A DNA stretch of 64,000 nt, taken from assembly GCA_000999715.1 (NCBI GenBank), contig LCGL01000001.1:67139-131138 (forward strand). Direction: 5' to 3'. Numbering within the stretch: the stretch's first letter is position 1; each line of letters begins with the position of its first letter. Shown here piece by piece: positions 52,701-60,136 of this stretch. The notes below the pieces were generated by a model. It saw only the letters and a list, made by a program, of their open reading frames with translations, searched no databases and had not been told where the DNA came from. The DNA comes from Candidatus Falkowbacteria bacterium GW2011_GWF2_43_32. GTDB taxonomy: Bacteria; Patescibacteriota; Patescibacteriia; Patescibacteriales; UBA12465. A program made the position numbers and the translations under genes.

Positions 52701-52809
52701 CACTTTGATAATGAGTCACTCTTTTAGTGTCAGCGACATATTCGGCAACAACGGTGCTTTGAGTATTTTCCGCAACTAAATTGTATTTGTTATTAGCTGA
52801 CATATTCAT
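49750..52809 (-). CDS. hsdR: Type I restriction enzyme R subunit
   Basis: 1019 aa with an N-terminal nuclease region (D...ELK: VHIELKRRG), SF2 motor motifs TGSGKTLT and FDECHRSQ, and a long helical C-terminus. Confidence 0.9.
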   Translation of the reverse strand: MNMSANNKYNLVAENTQSTVVAEYVADTKRVTHYQSEAELEGAFIKQLEAQGYDYVAITSDGDLISNLRKQLEKLNEFTFTDSEWDRFFANEISNPNQSIEDKTSIIQEDHIKNLTRDDGSIKNIYLIKKDNIHDNSLQVINQYATEDGQRANRYDVSVLVNGLPLVHIELKRRGVAIQEAFNQINRYQRESFWASSGLFEYVQLFIISNGTHTKYYSNTTRSEHIKESSEGAIKKGKRTSNSFEFTSWWADATNSPITDLIDFSKTFFAKHALLNILTKYCVFTTDRFLLVMRPYQIVATEKILSRIEVSTNYKKLGTIEAGGYIWHTTGSGKTLTSFKTAQLASKLSYVDKVLFVVDRKDLDYQTMREYDKFEKGAANSSTSTSVLKKQLEDSNSRIIITTIQKLDRFIGRNGNHAIFNGHIVIIFDECHRSQFGDMHSAITKAFNNYHLFGFTGTPIFAANASSGGRPDLRTTEQAFGEKLHTYTIVNAIADKNVLPFKVDYISTVHEAENIEDKKVSDIDREAILAAPERLKNIVSYICEHFDQKTKRNSFYKIKDRRLAGFNSIFAVSSIDVAKKYYAEFKKQFAELPSDKRLKVATIYSFGVNDEDADGMIDENSEDTSGLDVSSRDFLENAIVDYNSMFGTSYDTSSDKFQNYYKDVSQRVKNREIDILIVVNMFLTGFDATTLNTIWVDKNMRLHGLLQAYSRTNRILNSVKTFGNIVCFRNLEKATNEAIALFGDKKACGIVLLKTYAEYYNGYKNGDKEVRGYASLVDELMEKFPVGVRIDSEQAQKEFIKLYSNILRLRNILTTFDEFAADEIFTEYDIQDYHSMYIDLYNELRKTNENEKENVNDDVVFEMELIKQVEINIDYVLSLVKKYHQDHTKNREILIDINKAIDSSVELRNKKDLINQFITSLDVHSVVDDDWQKFVEQKKVEELDHIIEKEGLERDAAYSFIKNAFRDGHVATTGTAITKVLPPVSRFSPDGERSKKRETVLTKLTNFFEKFFDISGGKL

Positions 52810-53998
52810 TAAAAGTTAAAAGTTTATCTCGATAATATTCATACTGTTGTCTACGAGCCTTAAGCTCAGCTGGTAAACCAATGGAAATATCATTAAGTAA
52901 GGCATCAAATTTATCTAAAATTGATACAATTCTTTCTTGCTCTTTTATTGAAGGTAGTGATATTTTTATTTTCGCAAGATCTTTGGCTGACACATCAATA
53001 ACCTTAGTCCCTTTCGCATACTTTCTTTTTTGTTCTGAAAAAAATGATGTCTGAAAATAATATGACAAATACTTCGGATTTTCATTATGTTTAAATATTG
53101 TTGCATGACCGCCTGTTACTATCTCATCATCACCCAACCAAGCCACCGCCTTACAAACATCTTCAATATTTTCACTCGTACTAGTGATAATTAAATCTCC
53201 AGTGCTTACTTTCTTTAGTTTTTTAGCTGTTTCTTTTGATACAAAAGATTTAGTTTTATTAGTAAAAGTTCCATAATATGTATAAATCTGACCATAATGA
53301 ATACAGCCAATGCCAGAATCAGTGAAATCGGTTTTTGGTAAACCACTGCCTCTAATTAGTGTCCCAATTTCTCCTAAAGACATACACTCTACATCCCTAA
53401 CATTTAATAACTCATCTCTATAATATATATACTGTTTACTTCTTGCCTCCAGCTCTGCCTCCAGCTCTGCCTCCAGCTCTGTAAAACTATTAAGAATTTT
53501 TACAATTTCTTCCTGTATAACGAGAGGAGGCAATGGAATTCTTATTTTTTCCATTACATTACTCATCAGCTTAGGATTACCCATGCCAGCATTTACATAA
53601 GATTTTGCAATAACACCTAAGCTATATAATAAATATTTAGTATTTAAAACATTTTCCTTTGGCTTAAGCAGTCCGCAAACATTAGTAATACTAAATTTCC
53701 CATTATGATAAAAGACCGATCCTGCGTTTGCGCCATCAGTTGTCCATGTTACATATTCTCCGTCGTAGTCATAAGTTTTAATGTGTCCAAAAACACCCTC
53801 ATTCCCTGTTTGGGAAGAATACACGGGATAATCACCAGCGTTATTTCTGAGATAATCTTTTGACATTACTCTGCCCCGATTAATCTGGCAGATTTCACCA
53901 ATCTCCTTAAATTTCACCCCTTTTGGGCAATGTCTAGTAATTAGCTCTTCTATTTTACTTTGGTGCTTGGTCATATTATTTTCCTTCAATATTCGCAA
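52793..53998 (-). CDS. hsdS: Type I restriction enzyme specificity subunit
   Basis: 401 aa with two target-recognition domains separated by a central conserved helix (ELEAELEAELEARSKQYIYYRDELL) and a matching C-terminal helix (LKARRQQYEYYRDKLL). Confidence 0.85.
   Translation of the reverse strand: MRILKENNMTKHQSKIEELITRHCPKGVKFKEIGEICQINRGRVMSKDYLRNNAGDYPVYSSQTGNEGVFGHIKTYDYDGEYVTWTTDGANAGSVFYHNGKFSITNVCGLLKPKENVLNTKYLLYSLGVIAKSYVNAGMGNPKLMSNVMEKIRIPLPPLVIQEEIVKILNSFTELEAELEAELEARSKQYIYYRDELLNVRDVECMSLGEIGTLIRGSGLPKTDFTDSGIGCIHYGQIYTYYGTFTNKTKSFVSKETAKKLKKVSTGDLIITSTSENIEDVCKAVAWLGDDEIVTGGHATIFKHNENPKYLSYYFQTSFFSEQKRKYAKGTKVIDVSAKDLAKIKISLPSIKEQERIVSILDKFDALLNDISIGLPAELKARRQQYEYYRDKLLTFNEYVS
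53445..53480. repeat. perfect 12-bp tandem repeat x3 in the hsdS central conserved region
   Basis: GCCTCCAGCTCT x3 on the plus strand, encoding (ELEA)3. Confidence 0.95.
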
Positions 53999-55559
53999 CT
54001 ATTTTGTCAATTGCGGTACGTAGTTCTCTTTGCTTTGTCACGATATGGGCTATTTCAATATTAAGCTCATTAATGTCAACTATTTCTCGATTATCTTTTG
54101 CGATAACATAACTTGAAACGGTAAAATTATAGTCATTCTTAGCAATATCTTTATTGTCTACAATTTTTGCAAAATGCTCCATATCCTTTCGAACGATAAA
54201 AGCGTTTAAAATCTTTTTACGATTTTCCTCACTTAATTTATTTTTATTTCCTCCTCGCACAAATTCAACAGAGGCATCAATAAATAAAGTCTTGTTATCT
54301 TTTTTGCTTTTTTTCAAAACAACAATACAGGTTGCGATAGTTGTTCCAAAGAAAAGATCTGGCGGTAATTGAATTACTGCATCGACATAATTATTATCAA
54401 TTAAATATTTACGAATCTTTTGTTCAGCTCCGCTACGATAAAGAACGCCTGGAAATTCAACAATTGCAGCTGTTCCACTTGTAGAAAGCCAGGAAAGCAT
54501 ATGCATAGTGAATGCAAGATCTGCCTTGCTCTTTGGAGCAAGCACTCCTGCTGGTGAAAAACGAGGGTCGTTAATCATTAGTGGGTTGCTGTCGCCATCC
54601 CAATGAATAGAATATGGCGGATTGGAAACAATGGCGTCAAACGGTTCATCGTCCCAGTGTTTTGGATCAGTTAATGTGTCACCATGTTCTATGTCAAAAT
54701 GATTATAATTAATATCATGTAAGAACATGTTAATACGGCAAAGATTGTACGTCGTTAAATTAATTTCCTGCCCGTAAAAACCTAATCTAACATTTTCTTT
54801 TCCGAGAACTTTCGCAAATTTAAGAAGAAGTGAACCAGATCCACAACAAGGATCATAAACTTTATTAACTTCTTTCTTACCAACGGTAGTAATTTCCGCT
54901 AGCAGTTCGCTAACTTCTTGCGGTGTATAAAATTCACCTCCAGATTTGCCAGCATTTGAGGCATACATAGTCATTAAAAATTCATAGGCATCACCGAAAG
55001 CATCTATTGTATTGTCTGCATAATCGCCTAAACGAAGATCTCCAATTGCTTCTAAAAGTTTTACTAACTTTTGATTTCTTTTTTCAACATTATTCCCAAG
55101 TTTAGCTGAATTTACGTCAAGATCAGCAAATAGTCCCTTTAAATCGTCTTCACTACTTGAACCTTTCGCTGAGTTTTCAATATTACTAAAAACATTAGAA
55201 AGCGTTTCATTTAGATTTGCGTCATTACGCGCATTTTTACGAACATTTACAAAAAGCCCACTAGGTAATATGTAAAATCCTTTTTCTTTTACTGTGTCAG
55301 CACGTCCGAATTCAGCTTCTTTGTCAGAAAGATTAGTATAATCAAAATCTTTTTTACCTGAGCGACGCTCGTCAGTATTAATGTAGCTGGTAAGATTCTC
55401 ACTGATAAAACGATAAAAAAGTATTCCTAAAACATATTGTTTAAAATCCCAACCATCAATACTTCCTCGCAACTCGGTTGCAATCTGCCAAATAGCACGA
55501 TGCAATTCCGTGCGTTCTTGTTCTTTTGAGAAATTTTGATTAACTATTTTATTAGCCAT
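53976..55559 (-). CDS. hsdM: Type I restriction enzyme methyltransferase subunit (N6-adenine)
   Basis: 527 aa with an HsdM N-domain, AdoMet motif DPCCGSGSLL and catalytic NPPYS. Confidence 0.9.
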   Translation of the reverse strand: MANKIVNQNFSKEQERTELHRAIWQIATELRGSIDGWDFKQYVLGILFYRFISENLTSYINTDERRSGKKDFDYTNLSDKEAEFGRADTVKEKGFYILPSGLFVNVRKNARNDANLNETLSNVFSNIENSAKGSSSEDDLKGLFADLDVNSAKLGNNVEKRNQKLVKLLEAIGDLRLGDYADNTIDAFGDAYEFLMTMYASNAGKSGGEFYTPQEVSELLAEITTVGKKEVNKVYDPCCGSGSLLLKFAKVLGKENVRLGFYGQEINLTTYNLCRINMFLHDINYNHFDIEHGDTLTDPKHWDDEPFDAIVSNPPYSIHWDGDSNPLMINDPRFSPAGVLAPKSKADLAFTMHMLSWLSTSGTAAIVEFPGVLYRSGAEQKIRKYLIDNNYVDAVIQLPPDLFFGTTIATCIVVLKKSKKDNKTLFIDASVEFVRGGNKNKLSEENRKKILNAFIVRKDMEHFAKIVDNKDIAKNDYNFTVSSYVIAKDNREIVDINELNIEIAHIVTKQRELRTAIDKIVANIEGK

Positions 55560-55571
55560 AATATTTAAATT

Positions 55572-55754
55572 TTACTTTTTATTGCTAGTTTCTTCTAAAA
55601 ATAAATTAACGTCAGATTCTTTAATTCTCCAGACCCCTATTTTAGAAGCTTTCAATTTTCCCGATTCTATATATCTAATAATCGTGCGGGTACTAACCCT
55701 CAATATATTTGCAACCTCTTCAATAGTTAAAAGATTATCAACACTATTAGTCAT
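55572..55754 (-). CDS. excisionase-family/MerR-like helix-turn-helix protein
   Basis: 60 aa. LTIEEVANILRVSTRTIIRYIESGKLKASKIG.WRI is typical of HTH_17 (Xis/AlpA-like) proteins. Located directly upstream of hsdM. Confidence 0.7.
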   Translation of the reverse strand: MTNSVDNLLTIEEVANILRVSTRTIIRYIESGKLKASKIGVWRIKESDVNLFLEETSNKK

Positions 55755-55930
55755 ATAAATTCAATTTTCTTTATCTTTTCTTTATCTAAATTTTATCACA
55801 TTTTTATTAAAAATGCCAAAAAATGACAAAAATAGACAAAATACAAGATTATGAACAGATTAGACTCCTCTCCAACAAAAACAGAGCCTCGGAAAAAGCT
55901 CTGATTCTAATTACCTTACACTTAATTTGT

Positions 55931-56551
55931 TTAATTATTTTGTGGAAATATTAATTTTATTTTGTCTTCCTGCTGTTTCGGTCGAATAAAATTATTTCTA
56001 TTACTAACAATATCTGTTAATTTTTTTGCAAATTTTTCTCCCAAAGTACCACCTATAAAAGAAGCCATAAATTCATCAACGCCAAAAGGAAAATCTTTAT
56101 CGAAATTATGCGTCCCATATCCGATCGGATGTTTGCTGAATATTGGATGAAAATCATTAAAAGAATATCCCACTGGGCATAACGATGACCTTCGTGGATG
56201 GTACATATGTAAATATAAAACATCCCAATGTTTACCTTCCGCACAAACAGTCTCGTAAACATCCACAACTTCTTCGATATCTTGAACCTCAATACTTCCT
56301 AATCGGTGATAAATTAAACCCGTACCGCATTTACATAACAAACGATTCAAATATTTCATTTCACCAATAATTCCATTAACTGGAACTGGATTATTTATAT
56401 CATGTCCAAGATTTGATATATCTTCATTAATACAGTCACAACTCTTGCCATTCTTGGCCAGAGAAGAAAGCATGGGGTGTTCTTTAGATAAATCCAACAA
56501 TTGGTCTTCCAAAGATTCATCTATATATTTCTTCTTGAAAAAATTAAACAT
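55931..56551 (-). CDS. hypothetical protein
   Basis: 206-aa ORF between the tRNA-Ser and the R-M cluster. Cys/His-rich, with no recognised motif. Confidence 0.5.
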   Translation of the reverse strand: MFNFFKKKYIDESLEDQLLDLSKEHPMLSSLAKNGKSCDCINEDISNLGHDINNPVPVNGIIGEMKYLNRLLCKCGTGLIYHRLGSIEVQDIEEVVDVYETVCAEGKHWDVLYLHMYHPRRSSLCPVGYSFNDFHPIFSKHPIGYGTHNFDKDFPFGVDEFMASFIGGTLGEKFAKKLTDIVSNRNNFIRPKQQEDKIKLIFPQNN

Positions 56552-56710
56552 TTGAGTTAAATATTATTATTGTAATCAATCTAGTTGATTGGATTATTAT
56601 TGATTTTATAACTAAAATATACCCAAAAATGACCAAAAAGTAAAGATATAATAAAAATAGAGCTTCAAAAAAAGCTCTATTTTCAAGTACCTCGTGCTAG
56701 CACGATGTTG

Positions 56711-56797
56711 CGGAGAGAGAGGGATTCGAACCCTCGGTACTCTTACGAATACACAGACTTTCCAGGTCTGCCGATTAAACCGCTCTCGCATCTCTCC
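56711..56797 (-). tRNA. tRNA-Ser (anticodon GGA)
   Basis: The hand-folded cloverleaf has a 7-bp acceptor GGAGAGA/TCTCTCC, a 3-bp D stem, anticodon stem CAGAC/GTCTG with loop CTGGAAA, a long variable arm, and T arm GAGGG-TTCGAAT-CCCTC. CCA is not encoded. Confidence 0.9.
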
Positions 56798-57446
56798 ATT
56801 TTTTATATAAATCAAAAATCCTGGGATTAGAAGAACCAAATATATTAATATAATTCTCCACAGCATTCTTGCCGTATAAATAAATACTGCGCCCGTCATT
56901 CTTAATGTAAGATTCAATCCCAGATTTACGCAGAATACTCGCTACAGAATTCAGAAGATTTCTAGAATAACTCGTGAAACAAAATCCAATATTCTTATAA
57001 TTCACCCCTTTAATCTTATGGCGATGAATATAAAGACAGCCATCGGTGTCCACTAGCCCGCGTACAAAAACTTTGGAATATTTATCATTTTTACCCACCC
57101 AATTGGGAATATCAAACATCTGTTTAATCTTATTACCTCTAACCGCTCCTTTTTTAACTAAAAAATCGACTAATGATATACTCGAAGATACAATTTGTAA
57201 TGTTCTTTTACCTCTTTTCCTAACTACTGGTTCAATACCAAAAAGTTCACGTATTAATCTAACCACATACTCAGCGTATTTTTCATCTTTATCCGCATTT
57301 AAAGTAATAACTACCTGCCAAGGGTTATTAATTCCACCATCACCAAATTCTATTCCAATTAACTCGGCTAAACGAATTGATTCTCTAGGGGTTTTGATGG
57401 TCTTGCGATGGCTTTTTGTCGGATACTTTAGAAGATTAATATTCAT
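56775..57446 (-). CDS. double-motif LAGLIDADG homing endonuclease (free-standing)
   Basis: 223 aa with two LAGLIDADG motifs (LAELIGIEFGDGG and VFVRGLVDTDGCL). The 3' end, including the stop, overlaps the first 23 nt of tRNA-Ser. Confidence 0.85.
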   Translation of the reverse strand: MNINLLKYPTKSHRKTIKTPRESIRLAELIGIEFGDGGINNPWQVVITLNADKDEKYAEYVVRLIRELFGIEPVVRKRGKRTLQIVSSSISLVDFLVKKGAVRGNKIKQMFDIPNWVGKNDKYSKVFVRGLVDTDGCLYIHRHKIKGVNYKNIGFCFTSYSRNLLNSVASILRKSGIESYIKNDGRSIYLYGKNAVENYINIFGSSNPRIFDLYKKWRDARAV

Positions 57447-57592
57447 ATAATTTTATCAACATAAAATATCAACCAAACTAAGTTAAAGAATCCTAATATT
57501 TTTCTCTTTTTATAACCAACGCTGCGTCTTTATTAATTAAAGCACCCCTCCCCTTCTACCAATTAACGCTTTTCCTTTCTTACAATTAACGA

Positions 57593-58309
57593 TTAATCAA
57601 CCTCCGCTAATTTTTTCATTATCGTCGCCCGCAAGCCCTCAATCGTATCACCGTTGGAATCTACAAAATCCGCGTAAGGCCGCGCACCCAAAATCATTTC
57701 CGAACCGATAAAAATGGTCGGCGCGCCCAATACGCCATAACCAACCGCTTCCGCCATCGCTTGTTCTATTTTTCCTGATTTTTCTTCGTTAGTCAAGCAA
57801 AGGCCAAATTTGTTCTTGTTTAAACCGATTTGTTCAACATACTCATCAAGATTATCGCCGATCGCTTGTTGATTCTCGGCTTGCGCAAAAACCAATGTGC
57901 GCATCTCCGCCCACTTCTTCTGTTCGGCGGCGCAAGTCACGATTAAAGCGGCTGACCGAGATAAAGCGGAATTTTCCAAAACATAGGGACGCACGATAAC
58001 GGCAACCGGTTTCTTAAACTCCGTCCTGGCCTTAGCCAGAGTTTTTGCCAAAGCGGCGCTATAGATACTGGCATAATCCTCATACACAAAAATTTTCACC
58101 ACCGCCTCGGACGAACCGAAAATCATGTCGCCATCTCGCCAAACCGGCGCCTGCTCGGCCGCATAGCTCTGAGCGTTGGCGCCTTCAATATTCAAAACTT
58201 CGGCAGAATTGTTAATTGCCACCAGTTTCGGACGCCAAGCGATGATGACTATAATGACAACCGCTATCAAGACGGCCGCCAAGATTAATTGTAACCGGAT
58301 TTTTTTCAT
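57593..58309 (-). CDS. DsbA-family thioredoxin-fold protein with SxxS in place of the CxxC active site
   Basis: 238 aa with an N-terminal TM anchor and a DsbA-like pattern (VKIFVYEDYASIYSAAL...GVLGAPTIFIG). The position of the usual CPxC reads SIYS. Confidence 0.65.
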   Translation of the reverse strand: MKKIRLQLILAAVLIAVVIIVIIAWRPKLVAINNSAEVLNIEGANAQSYAAEQAPVWRDGDMIFGSSEAVVKIFVYEDYASIYSAALAKTLAKARTEFKKPVAVIVRPYVLENSALSRSAALIVTCAAEQKKWAEMRTLVFAQAENQQAIGDNLDEYVEQIGLNKNKFGLCLTNEEKSGKIEQAMAEAVGYGVLGAPTIFIGSEMILGARPYADFVDSNGDTIEGLRATIMKKLAEVD

Positions 58310-58348
58310 ATGAGCGAATTTAGCAATAAATAAAACAACGCTTAATTT

Positions 58349-59821
58349 TTATTTCGCGTGCCTCTCTTCCGTCGCCGCCAAAATTCCGGCTACCTTTAAA
58401 ATCAAGCCTTCTTGCAGGCGCGGACCAATCAATTGCGCGCCAACCGGCAAGCTCTTCCCTGCTTCCGCCGCTACCGTTCCCGCCGGTACGGAAATCGCCG
58501 GCAAGCCGGCCAAACTGGCGCCGGTCACAAAAATATCTTCCAAATACATCGCCAAAGGATCGTTAATTTGTTGACCAATTTTGAAAGCCGGATGAGGCGA
58601 GGTCGGCGTCAATAACAAATCCACTTTTTCAAAAACCCGTTGAAAATCATTAATAATCAAAGTCCGCACCTGTTGCGCTTTTTTATAATACGCATCATAA
58701 TAGCCGGCGCTCAAAGCATAGGTACCAAGCATAATGCGACGCTTGGTTTCCGCTCCGAAGCCCGCGCCCCGACTGGATTTATAAAACTCCTGCAAATCTT
58801 TAGCTTCATTTTTGGACAAACCCCAACCGATGCCGTCAAAACGAGCCAAGTTGGAACTGATTTCTGACGGGGTCACCAGATAATAAACCGGCACGCCGTA
58901 TTTTGTATAAGGCAGACTCACTTCCATCAACTGCGCTCCGGCGGCCTTTAATTTTTCCGCTCCCGCTCTGACGCGCGCGGCCACTTCCTTGTCCAACTCT
59001 TTTAAAAAATATTCTTTCGGCCAACCGATTTTCAAACCCGACAAGGGTTTATCGGTCGCACTCAAAATCATTTTTTGTCGATAATGTTCCACCGCTTCCG
59101 TCGCCGTGGTCGCGTCGCGTTCATCAGCGCCGGCGATAATCTCCAACACCAGGGCGGCATCTTCTACGGTTTTGGTTAGAGGTCCGATGACATCGGTGGA
59201 AGAAGTCATGGACAACAAACCGGAACGGGAAACTCGTCCATAACTCGGTTTCAAACCGACAACACCGCAAAAACTGGCCGGCTGACGAATGGAACCGCCG
59301 GTATCGGAACCGAGCGCGAACAAACACATGTCGGCCGCCACAGCCGCCGTACTGCCGCCGGACGAACCGCCGGGAACCCGACTCAAATCGCGCGGATTCT
59401 TAGTCAGACCGTAAGCGGAGCTTTCCGTGGAAGCGCCATGGGCAAATTCATCCAGATTAGTTTTTCCCAAAAGAACCGCTCCGGCTTCTTTTAACTTTTT
59501 AATAACGGTGGCGTCATAAGGAGCGACATAATTTTCCAAAATTTTAGAAGCGGCGGTCGTTTTCAACCCTTTGGTCATGATATTATCCTTGCATAGATAA
59601 GGAATGCCGAGCAGATTGCCGGTTTCCCCGGCCTTGATTCTGATATCGGCGGCGGCGGCGGCGGCCAAAGCTTCCGGCTCGCAAACCGACAGACAAGCGT
59701 GGATTTCCATATCCGCCTCCTTAATACGTGCCAAACAGGCCCGCGTCAAATCAAGAGCGGAAATCTCTCCGCCGTCCAATTTCGCCCGCGCTTCTTGGAT
59801 TGTCAATTCATTTAACTTCAT
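58349..59821 (-). CDS. gatA: Asp-tRNA(Asn)/Glu-tRNA(Gln) amidotransferase subunit A
   Basis: 490 aa with amidase signature GGSSGGSTAAVAA and the Ser-cisSer-Lys context. Confidence 0.95.
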   Translation of the reverse strand: MKLNELTIQEARAKLDGGEISALDLTRACLARIKEADMEIHACLSVCEPEALAAAAAADIRIKAGETGNLLGIPYLCKDNIMTKGLKTTAASKILENYVAPYDATVIKKLKEAGAVLLGKTNLDEFAHGASTESSAYGLTKNPRDLSRVPGGSSGGSTAAVAADMCLFALGSDTGGSIRQPASFCGVVGLKPSYGRVSRSGLLSMTSSTDVIGPLTKTVEDAALVLEIIAGADERDATTATEAVEHYRQKMILSATDKPLSGLKIGWPKEYFLKELDKEVAARVRAGAEKLKAAGAQLMEVSLPYTKYGVPVYYLVTPSEISSNLARFDGIGWGLSKNEAKDLQEFYKSSRGAGFGAETKRRIMLGTYALSAGYYDAYYKKAQQVRTLIINDFQRVFEKVDLLLTPTSPHPAFKIGQQINDPLAMYLEDIFVTGASLAGLPAISVPAGTVAAEAGKSLPVGAQLIGPRLQEGLILKVAGILAATEERHAK

Positions 59822-59836
59822 GCTCTTTATTTTTAT

Positions 59837-60124
59837 TTACAAAACCCGCTTCACTTTAATCTGTCCGCCCTCCAATTCTCCCTGCTCCAAGGCCGCCCGC
59901 ACTTCTTCTTTGTCCCATTCGCGAATATCATCCGCGCGCCACACGTCAACCAGGCCGCTGACTTGCGCGGTCGGGATGATTTTTTTGGTATCAACTTCAT
60001 TCAAGCGACCGATATATTTCAAAATCAAATCCAGCTGGCCACCGAATTTTTCTGTTTCTTCCGCCGTCAAATCCAAACGGGATAGTTCGGCGATATGTTT
60101 GATTTCTTCGCGCGTGATAGACAT
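59837..60124 (-). CDS. gatC: Asp-tRNA(Asn)/Glu-tRNA(Gln) amidotransferase subunit C
   Basis: 95 aa. MSITREEIKHIAELSRLDLTAEE... is typical of GatC. Located directly upstream of gatA. Confidence 0.85.
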   Translation of the reverse strand: MSITREEIKHIAELSRLDLTAEETEKFGGQLDLILKYIGRLNEVDTKKIIPTAQVSGLVDVWRADDIREWDKEEVRAALEQGELEGGQIKVKRVL

Positions 60125-60136
60125 AATTCCTTTATT

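Larger units (their letters stand above)
35630..56726. mobile_element. candidate tRNA-Ser-associated composite genomic island bounded by direct repeats of the tRNA 3' end
   Basis: Bounded by the direct repeats above. AT-rich relative to the flanks by eye. Cargo: helicase module, prophage remnant, serine recombinase, DGR, Type I R-M. No tyrosine integrase seen. Confidence 0.45.

Noticed and set aside
53445-53480. Tandem repeat considered as a possible mini CRISPR or VNTR locus.
   Set aside because: The units are only 12 bp, contiguous without spacers, and in frame inside hsdS. No CRISPR array (repeat-spacer periodicity) was seen anywhere in the window.
55800-55860. Repeated AAAATG(A/C)CAAAAA-like words upstream of the R-M HTH gene, and again near 56628, as possible iterons or operators.
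   Set aside because: They are very AT-rich and low-complexity, so such similarity is expected by chance in this island. There is no convincing spacing or symmetry.
56612-56917. 101-aa ORF overlapping the tRNA-Ser and the 3' end of the LAGLIDADG gene.
   Set aside because: It overlaps a well-folded tRNA and a motif-supported CDS in another frame, and its sequence is low-complexity and hydrophobic. It is spurious.
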